This document shows positions 19,686 to 30,262 of a DNA stretch of 64,000 nt, piece by piece (position 1 is the first letter of the stretch; each line of letters starts with the position of its first letter). Origin of the DNA: an uncultured cyanobacterium. GTDB taxonomy: Bacteria > Cyanobacteriota > Cyanobacteriia > Cyanobacteriales > Nostocaceae. Location: contig CAVUDP010000002.1 of the NCBI GenBank assembly GCA_963740315.1, positions 1,632,001 to 1,696,000 on the forward strand, in the 5' to 3' direction. Made by a program: the position numbers and the translations under genes. A model generated the notes under the pieces. It was not told the origin of the DNA. It worked only from the letters and a program-made list of their open reading frames with translations, and ran no database searches.

Positions 19686-20600
19686 TTAGTGCGATCGAGG
19701 GGAAGAAGAGGTGAAGGAAATTAGGAATTGGGAAGGGTACATAACGGTGAATTGTTTAGCTTTTTGTTCTAAATCTCCCAACCATCCTGTATATTCTGGT
19801 TCCGGTATTGTAGTACTACCTTTTGGTTTAGGCAATTTATAAGCAGTCAACACATCTGTATCAACCTTTGCTAAAACAGTTGAAATCGGAATACCCCAAC
19901 TCAACTTTCTCATTTCTTGAATTTCCGTTTCACTCGGACGCTTACCGTTTTGATAAACATAACCCGTGTTTAAAATCGGATAAGAACTTTTACCATTTAT
20001 CCCTACAAGCTCTCCTTGATTGTTGAGAATTGCACCACCGCTCATTCCTTGTTCGATGTTGCTGCTGTAACCGATTTCGTATCCTTCTTTAAGGTTAGAA
20101 GTCTTTTTAACTTTCCCTTCGCTAAATACAATATTTCCTGTGGAAACAGAAAAACCTGAAGCTATAATCGGTGTATCAATATCAGGTGTAGCTGTAGAAA
20201 TTTCTGATAAACAATAACTACGATCGCTCTGGAATTTCAATAAGGTTATATCTGATTTTTTGAAGTTGTTTTGCGGTACTATTTCTGCTGAATAAGTTTT
20301 ACCATCAGGAGCTTGCACTTTAACAGAATTAACTCCTTGGATAACATGAGAATTGGTGAGAACTAGATAATTATTTCCTTGTTTACCAATAAGCGTTCCC
20401 GAACCGCCGTTGTTATCCCCGATGACTTTTACTGTTATTTTATTGGCGAGGGTTTGTAGTTCTTTGGTTGAATAAAATTCGTCTTCTCTTTCGATTTTGC
20501 AGGTTGAATTTTGGGCTATTTGAGGAGGAGCGGCTTTGATAGGAGTGGTAGGGATTTGGAGGAGGAGTAGGGAGGAAAGAAGGTAATGGTGGCAGTTCAT
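19686..20600 (-). CDS. Secreted trypsin-like serine protease, C-terminally truncated
   Basis: Triad TNSHVI / DITLL / GMSGGA. It ends just after TGWLGDLEQKAKQFTV, the motif that opens the protease domain in the neighbouring gene. Confidence 0.85.
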   Translation of the reverse strand: MNCHHYLLSSLLLLQIPTTPIKAAPPQIAQNSTCKIEREDEFYSTKELQTLANKITVKVIGDNNGGSGTLIGKQGNNYLVLTNSHVIQGVNSVKVQAPDGKTYSAEIVPQNNFKKSDITLLKFQSDRSYCLSEISTATPDIDTPIIASGFSVSTGNIVFSEGKVKKTSNLKEGYEIGYSSNIEQGMSGGAILNNQGELVGINGKSSYPILNTGYVYQNGKRPSETEIQEMRKLSWGIPISTVLAKVDTDVLTAYKLPKPKGSTTIPEPEYTGWLGDLEQKAKQFTVMYPSQFLISFTSSSPRSH

Positions 20601-20756
20601 TTTAGGACGTGGGTTGTGTTAGGTGTTTTTAATATCTGGCGAATATAATTCGCGGCTACACAGGCAAAGTCCGCCTGCGCGGACTAATCACAGCCCACCT
20701 TACGGTGGGCTTTGTTCGGTGGCACCCTTCGAGGGTGAGGGCGATCGCGAATTGTC

Positions 20757-21362
20757 CTAATCTTCAACCTTCACCGAAGGTGCATAATCTAACATCGTTT
20801 GCACTTCAAGGTGTAACTGCTTACCCGAACTTTGATAAAGAGGCTCTGATGATTTACCTTCACTTATGTTTAGGAGCCTTTGTAAAACTAACTGAGGATT
20901 ATTACCTTGTTTGATGGTAAACAACTGATTATTTTGATTACAACTTTCTCCTGGTTTAGCAGCGCAAATAACTGGATATCCGTTATATTTTCCAGTAGTT
21001 AAATAAGATAATCGACCTTCGTTATAAGACTTCTGAAACTTTTGCGTTACTGCCTCACAACGTTTTTTGGGACTCCAATTAGAAAAATATTGAGATTTCC
21101 AAGCAATAAACAGTACATGAGTTTTACGTTTGGGAACCCAAACAACTGTAGCTGGAATCTGTTCGTCACTTGCTGGATCTAATATGTCTTTACACATGAA
21201 AGTGACGGAATCCGCTTGAGTGTTGTTAGTATTTGCTTGGCTCAAAGTGTCAGCGGCATTTTCAGCTATAATCTGACTAAAACTTGGTGAGATGCTGCTA
21301 GCTAAAGCGACAATTGTGGTTAATGCAGAGAGTCCGAAACTTAGAAAAACTTTGCGTTGCAT
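20757..21362 (-). CDS. COP23 domain-containing secreted protein
   Basis: TFMC...PATV...W.S..F..WSPKKRCEAVTQKFQ...YLTTGKYNGYPVICA...LFTIK. Confidence 0.88.
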   Translation of the reverse strand: MQRKVFLSFGLSALTTIVALASSISPSFSQIIAENAADTLSQANTNNTQADSVTFMCKDILDPASDEQIPATVVWVPKRKTHVLFIAWKSQYFSNWSPKKRCEAVTQKFQKSYNEGRLSYLTTGKYNGYPVICAAKPGESCNQNNQLFTIKQGNNPQLVLQRLLNISEGKSSEPLYQSSGKQLHLEVQTMLDYAPSVKVED

Positions 21363-21543
21363 GGGTTTAATTCCTTGGCTTTTAGTTGAGTTAATTAATG
21401 GATAATAAATACATCCTGATAAAACAAGATTCTTTTTGTAGTGCGAGCATCTTGCTCGCTAGTTAATATGCCTTATTTTACGAAAGGATTAGTATTCCAG
21501 ACGTTGAGATCCCCCCAACCCCCCTTGTTAAGGGGGGCTACTT

Positions 21544-22649
21544 TTAAGGATTAACAGTAGCTCGCAAACTATAATCACCCGATTGTCTATCTGGAGAAGA
21601 TTTTGCTTCTATTACATAAATCCCATCTGCTGGTAAAGTAGTTGTAATTAAAGAATTAAAATCACCTGCACCCCTATCGTCGTTTTCTGTAATCAAATTA
21701 GGTTGATTACCTTCTGCGGTTTCAACAAACTGATATAAACTTAAAAACGAATTTATAGTTTTACTTGTCATTTCAATCACTACTTTTTGACCTGCTTTAC
21801 CTTGAAAGACATATAAATTAGCAAAGCCATTTTCTTGACTAAAGTTGCCATTTATATCTTGACCATTAAGCGATATATTTACAATTTCTGACTCTGCTTT
21901 TGGTTTCTTTAAAGTAGAAACTTCAGATAGTTCGCCTTTTCTTGCAGCAGCTATAAATGTCTTTACATCTGATACCGGAATCGAAAAATTCATTCCTGTA
22001 TTTAACTTTCCAGGTGCGCCAATAATTGATGTATTTACACCTATCACTTCAGCTTTGGAATTAAGCAGAGGTCCCCAGAATTACCACCGTAAACGGGTGC
22101 ATTATGTTGAATCACTCCGTCGTTTTTACCGATACGAGTAATGTTTCCTTGAGTAATCGTGTCCTTAAATTCTGGATCGAGAGGTGAACCAAGTGCAAAA
22201 ACGCGGTCAGTAACTTCAGCGCTATTATTAGAAGCTAACGCAAGTGTCCGCAAGTTCTTTTGTCCGTGGATTTTCAGCACTGCTAAATCTAATCCACCTT
22301 TAGCAAAACCAAGCACATCAGCAGGAAGTTTTCTACCATCTTTAAATTCAACCGTGACTACACTCGGACTTCCTTCTACAACATGGGCGTTAGTGATAAT
22401 CCATCCATCTTGACTGACAACAAAACCGCTTCCATGTCCTCTACCATCCTTAACCGTCACAACCGCCGGACTTGCCTTTTTATACACGCTGCGACCAATT
22501 TGTTCTTCTGCGGTTTGTGCGATCGCACGGATGGAATAACCTAATTTATGTCCGCGATCGGATAGCAATTCTTCAACGGCTGTAAAACTTAATAAGTTAA
22601 ATAAAATACACAGTGTCAGACCACTAAATCGAAATAATTTTCTGTTCAT
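21544..22649 (-). pseudogene. Trypsin-like (HtrA/S1C-type) protease + PPC domain, split by a 1-nt frameshift
   Basis: The 5' ORF has TNAHVV, DLAVL and GGNSG. Adding one G to the G4 run at 22073-22076 restores GNSGGPLLNSKAEVIGVNTS and fuses it to ORF 21544..22047 (PPC-like YVFQGKAGQKVVIEM...ENDD...LPADGIYVIEA). Confidence 0.85.
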
Positions 22650-23094
22650 AATAACTTTACATTTACTTCATAGACTGTTTATTAGCGGTCAAGACAAAAT
22701 TAAAAGCGCGATCGTACAAAGTTATTTAATTGACCATATAATTTGGAGCAATAGCAATCAATACACTTAACTGAAATCTTTTTGTAAATTAATCTTGAAC
22801 CCCTCGAAATTACCTTCCGATAGGATTACTGACTGAGGAGTGATTTTTTACGCAAGTTATTGAATTTTTTTTAGGAATATTGTTTGTAGTAAGGACTTTA
22901 GTCCTTAGAGCGCTAAAGCACTTACTACGAACTAAAATAAAATTGTAGGGTGCGTTACGGCAAATTATTACTTACAACCGAAAATACACAATAGATGCAC
23001 GATCGATAAAAAAATTAAAGCCCACCGTAAGGTGGGCTTCGTAATGGTGGTTCCCCACCTTCCGAGGGTGAGGGCATATTTTATTCTCGATATC

Positions 23095-24483
23095 TTACTG
23101 CGACTTCTGCAATTTCTCTTCGCTAACCCAATCGCCGTGAAAACCATAGGGAACTCGTTGCGGAATCAATACCCGTGCAACTGGCTCTGATGTCATATCC
23201 TGAGCGTCTACAATTACTAATTCAGATGTATCCTCGTTGGAATCATACACGAAAGTCATGACCCAACCTTCATCTTCACCATTCCCACGTGGCACAAATA
23301 CTGCTTCGCCACCATAACGCCCTTTGCCAAATTCATGAGTTTGGGATTTACCGCTATTCAAATCATATTTAATTACACCTTCAAATGAAGGCATGGAACC
23401 TTGTCCCATTTTGCCTGCGTAACCGTAGCGGGTTGGTTGCCCTAAAAAGTTGTCGTTGACGCGGGGGAATTCTGATGCTGCATCGTCTAAGCTTTCTTCG
23501 CGCACGCTACCATCTTTCATGTTAAATCGCCAACGGTGCAGTTTGGGAATATTATCTGCATCGCTTTCAACATCTTCTGTAGCAAAAATACTTGTTGAAT
23601 TTACCCGACAAGCAAGAAGTATAACTTCATCTCCTTGTTCGTAAGCGTTGAGGGTATGCCATACAAAACAAGCGGGAGCTTCAAACCAGCGCACATCATT
23701 ATTATCGCCGTGACGGGGTACAACACCAAAACGACTGGCTCTATCTTTCTCAAACATCATAGCGGGTTCGCCTTTCTGCATCCGCATGGGATTGAAAGTT
23801 AAAGGCAAATCCATAAATATTGTATGGTTGGCGGTGATGGCGAAATCATGCATCATCACTCCCATCGGTAATTCAATGGGTACGGTTTTCACAAGTTCGC
23901 CTTCTGCTGAAACTACGCTGTAATGCAAGAATGGCGGCGCGAAGGAATAACCGAAAAACATCATTTCACCCGTTACCGGATCTACTTTGGGATGTGCTGT
24001 AAAGGCAGATTGTAACTTGTTGCTGTAAGTATATTCACCGTAAGTGTCCAACTCTGGAACTTTGATAGCATAAGGCGCACCTCCTTCCCAAAGCGCTAAA
24101 AATTTACCTGCGTGCCATACCAGCGCCGTATTCGCAACTTTTTTATATGCACCGTGGGGGTTATCCATTTGCGGTGGTTCTAACATCCCACTCCATACGG
24201 CTTTACCTTCTTGATGTTCGATTTGCCATCCTTTAGTACGCACGTAACGGTTGCGATAGCTGGCTTTACCGTTAGAAATCCTTACGCCGTGCAACATTCC
24301 ATCGCCATCAAACCAATGATATTGTCCTTTGGGCTGCCATTGAGGATTAGGACCATTCCGCACGAACATCCCCGATAAATCGGTAGGTAATTCACCAATT
24401 ATTTTTAAGTCGTCAGCGGTGGTTTCTTCACGCACTGGGGCAAAATTACCGTCGAGAAAGGGATTTACTGCTGCTGTTACCAT
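23095..24483 (-). CDS. Carotenoid oxygenase / apocarotenoid cleavage dioxygenase (RPE65 family)
   Basis: GNFAPV, RNGPNP, HWFDGDGMLH; iron-ligand His in TAHPK, MMHDF, VWHTLN, GFHG. Confidence 0.95.
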   Translation of the reverse strand: MVTAAVNPFLDGNFAPVREETTADDLKIIGELPTDLSGMFVRNGPNPQWQPKGQYHWFDGDGMLHGVRISNGKASYRNRYVRTKGWQIEHQEGKAVWSGMLEPPQMDNPHGAYKKVANTALVWHAGKFLALWEGGAPYAIKVPELDTYGEYTYSNKLQSAFTAHPKVDPVTGEMMFFGYSFAPPFLHYSVVSAEGELVKTVPIELPMGVMMHDFAITANHTIFMDLPLTFNPMRMQKGEPAMMFEKDRASRFGVVPRHGDNNDVRWFEAPACFVWHTLNAYEQGDEVILLACRVNSTSIFATEDVESDADNIPKLHRWRFNMKDGSVREESLDDAASEFPRVNDNFLGQPTRYGYAGKMGQGSMPSFEGVIKYDLNSGKSQTHEFGKGRYGGEAVFVPRGNGEDEGWVMTFVYDSNEDTSELVIVDAQDMTSEPVARVLIPQRVPYGFHGDWVSEEKLQKSQ

Positions 24484-25240
24484 TATTTTAAGTTAAAGGT
24501 TAATCTATTTTATATTTTAGATTTACGATTTTAGATTTACCCTACGGATGAATTATGAGTAATAATTTGTGCTATTAAGGAACCCGCTTTTTTTAAAAAA
24601 CGGGTTGATGAATTCTTACGCATGATTTAAGGGTGCTATAGCTGATTAAAAACTGATTTATTCCTATGGGGTGGGCATCCGGAGCCAGCCCCCCAGAGTA
24701 GTTATATAATTAATATTTAGCTTGCCTTTTCTAAAGCGATCGCAGTTTTTTCAGAAAGCGTAAGAGGTTTACGTTTAGCACCGAATACTGAAGATATCAG
24801 TTTAGGAAATACAAGACAAATAACGGTATTGAAGAGGGTTAATAAAATACTATCTGTTAAACTCATCTCCAACTCTCCTTTGTGCAAAAAAATGCTTATA
24901 CTTTATTGTCGTACAAATTCGCAATATTTAAATCAGTACTGAGTTTTGATTTTCTTTTGCTTTATATAATCACTCTTGAATTATGTTTATATAATATTCC
25001 TAAATCATCTGCAAGATTAAGTAACTCGGTTTTTCAAACAAAAGGCGTTTGTATATACCACAGATTAATTGAATTTATATGAATTAATATAACATACTTT
25101 TTATACATATAAATTTACATTCAATAGAAAAATAGTCATGCTTAAGATAGAAGCATTTTTATTTAGAGTAGTTGTCGATTTGTCCGAGATGAAGGAATAT
25201 GCTGGAAGTATAAATCATTGACTGTTAAAGAAACCGCATT

Positions 25241-27226
25241 ATGTCTAACACTAAAAGTACAAATAATTCATTTTCTAAGCTTACTGAAAAAGACCAGCAA
25301 TCTTTGAAAAGTATGGTCGATTACTCAAATGTGGAGTCTTTACCCGAAGTTTGGGCGATCGCAGCAAGTCAATTTGGCGATACAACTGCTCTGCACAATC
25401 CCCATACTAAACCAAAGCAGGAAATATTTACTTATAGAGAGCTTTTTAATCGAATTCAACAGTTTGCTGCTGGTTTACAGTCATTAGGAATCAAGCCACA
25501 GGGACGCATTTCGCTAATTGCCGATAATAGTCCTCGCTGGTTTATTGCCGATCAAGGTATTATGACTGCTGGGGCTGTAAATGCTGTACGCAGTTCTCAA
25601 GCCGATATTGATGAATTAGCGTTTATATTGGCTAATAGCGATAGTACGGTGTTAGTCGCGCAAGATTTAGCAACTTTTGAGAAACTGCGTCCTCGTTTAG
25701 ATGATTTACCAATTCAATTAGTAATTTTATTAACTCAAGAATCAGCACCAAGTGATGAAGTTATCAAGGTGTTGAATTTCGAGGAGTTGATGGAAATTGG
25801 TGCAAAACATCATTTAGAACCCGTTAAGCAAAAACGCGATGATTTAGCTACTTTACTTTATACTTCCGGTACTTCGGGTAAACCTAAAGGCGTGATGCTT
25901 TCTCATGGAAATTTGCTGCATCAAGTAATAAATTTACGCGCAATAGTTCAACCGGAAGTAGGAGATGTTGTTTTAAGTATTCTCCCTACCTGGCACGTGT
26001 TTGAACGTACTGCCGAGTATTTGCTGATTTCTCAAGGCTGCACCCAAGTTTATACCAATTTGCGATCGATAAAAAATGATTTGAAAAAGTACAAACCTCA
26101 CTATATGGTGGCAGTACCGCGTATTTTGGAATCAGTTTATGAAGGAGTACAAAAGCAGTTTCGCGAACAACCAGCTTCTAAGAAAAAGTTGATCGATCGC
26201 TTTTTAGGTATTAGCAGCAGGTATATCAAAGCACGGCGAATTGCTCAAAATTTGGATTTGGAAAACCTCAATCCCTCGGTAGGGGAAAAAATCGCTGCTA
26301 GCATTCAAGAAAAAGCCCTTGCACCATTACACGCTTTGGCTGGAAAGATTGTTTATGGCAAGGTGAGGGAAGCGACGGGAGGAAGAATTAAACAGTTTAT
26401 TTGTGGTGGTGGTGCCTTAGCGAAGCACATAGATGATTTTTACGAGATAGTTGATGTAAATATTTTGGTTGGTTACGGCTTAACGGAAACGAGTCCGGTT
26501 ACTCATGCGCGTCGTCAATGGAGTAATTTACGCGGATCTTCGGGATTAAACGTACCCGGAACTCAAGTTAAAATCGTCGATTTGGAAACTCGTCGAGAAT
26601 TACCAATCGGGGAAAAGGGTTTAGTATTGCTTAAAGGACCGCATATAATGCAGGGCTATTACAAAAACCCCGAAGCTACAGAAAAAGCCATTGATGCGGA
26701 AGGCTGGTTTAATAGCGGTGACTTGGGCTGGTTAACTCCCCGTCAGGATATAGTTTTAACCGGACGAGCAAAAGACACGATCGTATTAACCAATGGAGAA
26801 AACATTGAGCCGCTTCCCATCGAAGATGCTTGTTTGCGATCGCCATTTATCGACCAAATAATGCTGGTGGGACAAGATAAAAAAAGTATTGGTGCTTTGA
26901 TTGTCCCGAATTTGGAAGCATTAGAAAAATGGGCGGAAGCGCAAAATCTGGAATTATGTGTTAAAGAAGACAATGTTACGGGATCTACAAGCCAAAAAAT
27001 CAACCTTGAGAGTAAAATGATCCAGGATTTGTTTCGACAAGAGTTAATTCGGGAAGTGCGAAATCGTCCGGGATATCGCTCGGACGATCGTATTGGACCG
27101 TTTCAACTGATTCTGGAACCGTTTTCTATGGAAAATGGCATGATGACACGAACTCTCAAACTCAAACGACACGTTGTGATGGAACGCTATCACGATATGA
27201 TTGAGCGGATGTTTGCCGCAAACTAA
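25241..27226 (+). CDS. aas: Long-chain fatty acid ligase / acyl-ACP synthetase
   Basis: AMP-binding YTSGTSGKPKGV, GYGLTETSP, SGDLG, GRAKD; lies upstream of a ylqD-family gene as is usual in cyanobacteria. Confidence 0.88.
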   Translation: MSNTKSTNNSFSKLTEKDQQSLKSMVDYSNVESLPEVWAIAASQFGDTTALHNPHTKPKQEIFTYRELFNRIQQFAAGLQSLGIKPQGRISLIADNSPRWFIADQGIMTAGAVNAVRSSQADIDELAFILANSDSTVLVAQDLATFEKLRPRLDDLPIQLVILLTQESAPSDEVIKVLNFEELMEIGAKHHLEPVKQKRDDLATLLYTSGTSGKPKGVMLSHGNLLHQVINLRAIVQPEVGDVVLSILPTWHVFERTAEYLLISQGCTQVYTNLRSIKNDLKKYKPHYMVAVPRILESVYEGVQKQFREQPASKKKLIDRFLGISSRYIKARRIAQNLDLENLNPSVGEKIAASIQEKALAPLHALAGKIVYGKVREATGGRIKQFICGGGALAKHIDDFYEIVDVNILVGYGLTETSPVTHARRQWSNLRGSSGLNVPGTQVKIVDLETRRELPIGEKGLVLLKGPHIMQGYYKNPEATEKAIDAEGWFNSGDLGWLTPRQDIVLTGRAKDTIVLTNGENIEPLPIEDACLRSPFIDQIMLVGQDKKSIGALIVPNLEALEKWAEAQNLELCVKEDNVTGSTSQKINLESKMIQDLFRQELIREVRNRPGYRSDDRIGPFQLILEPFSMENGMMTRTLKLKRHVVMERYHDMIERMFAAN

Positions 27227-27268
27227 TCCATTTGTTATTGAACCCAACAGGAAAAAAAAGATACTTTT

Positions 27269-27718
27269 ATGGACATCTCCAATCCTCAATTGCTGCTTAA
27301 GCGCGTTATTAATGTTAAAGCCATTGTCACTCCTCTATGGAAAGAGGAAGTAACGCAGCAACTACAAGGTCAAATCAATCAAACCGACCAGCAGCTACAA
27401 CAAATTGATGTCCAAGGGCAGCGTGCAATTACTGAAATTCAAAAGCAAGGATTGCAACCCCCCGGACCTCAAACTCTACAGCAAATTGAGAACATCCAAG
27501 TTCAAGTAAACGAGAAAAAAAGCGAGATGCTTGAACAAAAAAACCAAAGCTTGCAAAACCTCCAACAGGTGCAAATGCTTGAGTTGGATCAAGAAGTTAA
27601 TCAATTTCAGTTGGAAGGCTTCTTCCGAGCAGAACAAGGCGACAACCTGATTAGTAAAATGCAGGTCGAAATCGTTCTGCGCGATGGCGTTATCGAAGAA
27701 ATTCGTGGCGATATCTAA
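27269..27718 (+). CDS. YlqD family protein
   Basis: LLLKRVINVKAIVTPLWKEE...coiled coil...VEIVLRDGVIEEIRG. Confidence 0.88.
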   Translation: MDISNPQLLLKRVINVKAIVTPLWKEEVTQQLQGQINQTDQQLQQIDVQGQRAITEIQKQGLQPPGPQTLQQIENIQVQVNEKKSEMLEQKNQSLQNLQQVQMLELDQEVNQFQLEGFFRAEQGDNLISKMQVEIVLRDGVIEEIRGDI

Positions 27719-27725
27719 TTAAGTA

Positions 27726-27770
27726 AGAATTCTGAGTTCACAATGGTTGAATTCAGAATTCTTAATTTTT
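27726..27770. terminator. Hairpin terminator between convergent genes
   Basis: AAGAATTCTGAGTTCA-loop-TGAATTCAGAATTCTT followed by a T-rich tract. Confidence 0.5.
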
Positions 27771-27857
27771 ATTTGTCTGCAAAAATAAATGCGATCGCCA
27801 ATGATTTCAATCTCGATGAGAAACCCGGTTTTTAAGGATTTAATAAATATTGTCGAG

Positions 27858-28379
27858 TCAATGACAGACTGTGCTTGTTACCATACTTGTTGCATCTGCT
27901 AAACATTGTTCGGAAGTACCAGCCCAAACAATTTGCCATAGAGGAGGCGAAGTTAGAAATAGCGATCGCCCAAAACTTGTAAGTTTGACTCGATGTTTAA
28001 TTGGCTTCGGCTTGGATGCAGCTATGTCGGTTTGAGTTATTGTTACCATCGCTTGATTGGGTTGCGGATAAACTACCTCTACCTTGCGATCTAAATTTTT
28101 TAAATGATTTGGATCGAAAGCATTAACGGCAAGGGCAGTTGGATCTGTACCTTTAAGTGAAGTTGTGAATCGCTTCAACGGTATGGTTTTATATTGAAAG
28201 CTGTATGCATTTACTATGATATTTTGAGTTGAAATCTGCTTTGCTTGAATTTGCTGTTGCTTACGGGCAATGGATAACTGACTAGAATGCCATTGTTTAA
28301 TCGTGTAAACTCCAGCTAAAACAGCGGTACCAAAGATACCTAATGTAAAGGCTAGAAAAAATTTTAATTTTGCCGACAT
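27858..28379 (-). CDS. Hypothetical protein with N-terminal membrane anchor
   Basis: 173-aa ORF with hydrophobic N-terminus. Confidence 0.7.
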   Translation of the reverse strand: MSAKLKFFLAFTLGIFGTAVLAGVYTIKQWHSSQLSIARKQQQIQAKQISTQNIIVNAYSFQYKTIPLKRFTTSLKGTDPTALAVNAFDPNHLKNLDRKVEVVYPQPNQAMVTITQTDIAASKPKPIKHRVKLTSFGRSLFLTSPPLWQIVWAGTSEQCLADATSMVTSTVCH

Positions 28380-28741
28380 AACATTTTAAGGGAATTTTAA
28401 GCGGTTCGTTTTTATTAATCGATGAATGAATTCTAAATCCAGATATGACTCCTTACTTCATACTTTAAGTAGAATTTCCGACAAATTTTTTAAAAAAAGA
28501 ATTATGTAGAAAAAACACAGGAGAGAATTTACGCAGTTGTGGAGTTACAAATAAACAAGGATTTGAGATTGTCTATTTTTAGAAACGAAGCATATCTAAC
28601 TCCTCCTGCTTAGTACGCCAAAATACAGATTATTCTATCAGTGTAGTTCTAAAATGGTTGCTCGCGTCCGCCCTCGCGATACAATGCAATCTGGAAAAAA
28701 CTAATAAACTCGATAATTTATTAAATTGCCTTCTTTTTTTT

Positions 28742-30055
28742 ATGAGTATTCACGAAATATTTATGCCCGCGTTGAGTTCTACCATGTCCGAAGGTAAAAT
28801 TGTCTCCTGGGAAAAATCTCCCGGTGACAAAGTTGAAAAGGGCGAAACGGTAGTAATAGTTGAATCGGATAAAGCAGATATGGATGTGGAGTCCTTTTAT
28901 GAAGGATACATGGCGCATATCGTAGTAGAAGCTGGGGAAAGCGCTCCTGTAGGCTCTGCCATTGCCTTTCTAGCCGAAACCGAAGCCGAAATTGAAACAG
29001 CAGCAGCACAAGCCAAATCTCATGGGGCATCAGCAAAATCTAAAGTTGCTGCAAAAACCGCCCCCGCCCAAGTAGCAGCACCAGAGCCAGCAATAGGCGC
29101 TTCAACAAACGACACTTCTCAAAATGGTGCGGCACGCGGCAGCGGTAGAAAAACTGCTTCACCTCGCGCTCGTAAATTAGCCAAAGAATTGAAAGTTGAT
29201 TTAAGCGGTATTTCAGGTAGCGGTCCTCACGGTCGTATTATTGCTGAAGATGTAGAAACAGCTGCTGGTAATACAGCTAAATCTACACCAACACCCACGA
29301 CTCAGCCAGCAGTTACACCCGCCCCCAGCGCTCCTATTGCTCCTGCGGCGACACCCGCACCGATGCCAGTTGCGGCAACTCCCGGACAAACGGTACCTTT
29401 GACTACCTTACAAAATGCCGTAGTGCGGACTATGAATCATAGCTTATCCGTACCTACTTTCCATGTCGGTTACTCGATCGCCACCGACGAATTAAATAAA
29501 CTTTACAAACAAATCAAATCTAAAGGCGTGACAATGACAGCGCTGCTAGCCAAAGCCGTAGCGATGACATTACAGAAACACCCATTGTTAAATACGAATT
29601 ATTCCGAACAGGGAATGGTACATCCTTCTAACATAAATATTGCGGTAGCCGTAGCAATGGATGACGGAGGATTGATTACACCCGTACTGCAAAATGCAGA
29701 CCAACAGGATATTTATAGCTTATCGCGTAATTGGAAATCCTTAGTAGAACGCGCTCGCAGCAAACAGTTACAGCCCCAAGAATACAGTAGTGGCACCTTT
29801 ACCATATCCAACTTAGGTATGTTTGGCGTAGATACATTTGATGCGATTTTGCCACCTGGGCAAGGTTCAATATTGGCGATCGCTGCATCGAAGCCGGAAG
29901 TAGTAGCAACGAAGGACGGCATGATGGGAGTACGTACAAAGATGAAAGTAAACATTACTTGCGATCATAGAGTTATCTATGGTGCCCACGCTGCGGCATT
30001 CCTTCAAGACTTAGCGAAATTGATTGAAACCAATTCTCAATCTTTGACAATGTAG
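28742..30055 (+). CDS. pdhC: Pyruvate dehydrogenase E2, dihydrolipoamide acetyltransferase
   Basis: Lipoyl domain ESDKADM, E3-binding ASPRARKLA...GSGPHGRI, catalytic DHRVIYGA. True start is ATG 28742 (MSIHEIFMPALSS). Confidence 0.97.
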   Translation: MSIHEIFMPALSSTMSEGKIVSWEKSPGDKVEKGETVVIVESDKADMDVESFYEGYMAHIVVEAGESAPVGSAIAFLAETEAEIETAAAQAKSHGASAKSKVAAKTAPAQVAAPEPAIGASTNDTSQNGAARGSGRKTASPRARKLAKELKVDLSGISGSGPHGRIIAEDVETAAGNTAKSTPTPTTQPAVTPAPSAPIAPAATPAPMPVAATPGQTVPLTTLQNAVVRTMNHSLSVPTFHVGYSIATDELNKLYKQIKSKGVTMTALLAKAVAMTLQKHPLLNTNYSEQGMVHPSNINIAVAVAMDDGGLITPVLQNADQQDIYSLSRNWKSLVERARSKQLQPQEYSSGTFTISNLGMFGVDTFDAILPPGQGSILAIAASKPEVVATKDGMMGVRTKMKVNITCDHRVIYGAHAAAFLQDLAKLIETNSQSLTM

Positions 30056-30087
30056 TAGATAATAATAATGCAATAGTAATCTTTTAC

Positions 30088-30118
30088 ACTTGGGGTTTTA
30101 CGCTCCAAGTTTTTTTTA
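30088..30118 (+). terminator. Intrinsic terminator after pdhC
   Basis: ACTTGGGG-loop-CTCCAAGT followed by a T run. Confidence 0.6.
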
Positions 30119-30262
30119 ATTGGGCATGGGGCATTGAGTAGCAGCTTAATTATTAACTGTTTGTTGGTAATTGATAATTGCTTATTAATAATTGATATTA
30201 GTCGGAATCGCTACCTTCCAAGTTGTAGAATACTAAGAAATTTAGTTAAATAAACAAAAGTT

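Noticed and set aside
28658..28741. N-terminal extension of PdhC in the ORF track
   Set aside because: The lipoyl domain begins at MSIHEIFMP (ATG 28742); the upstream TTG extension looks non-coding
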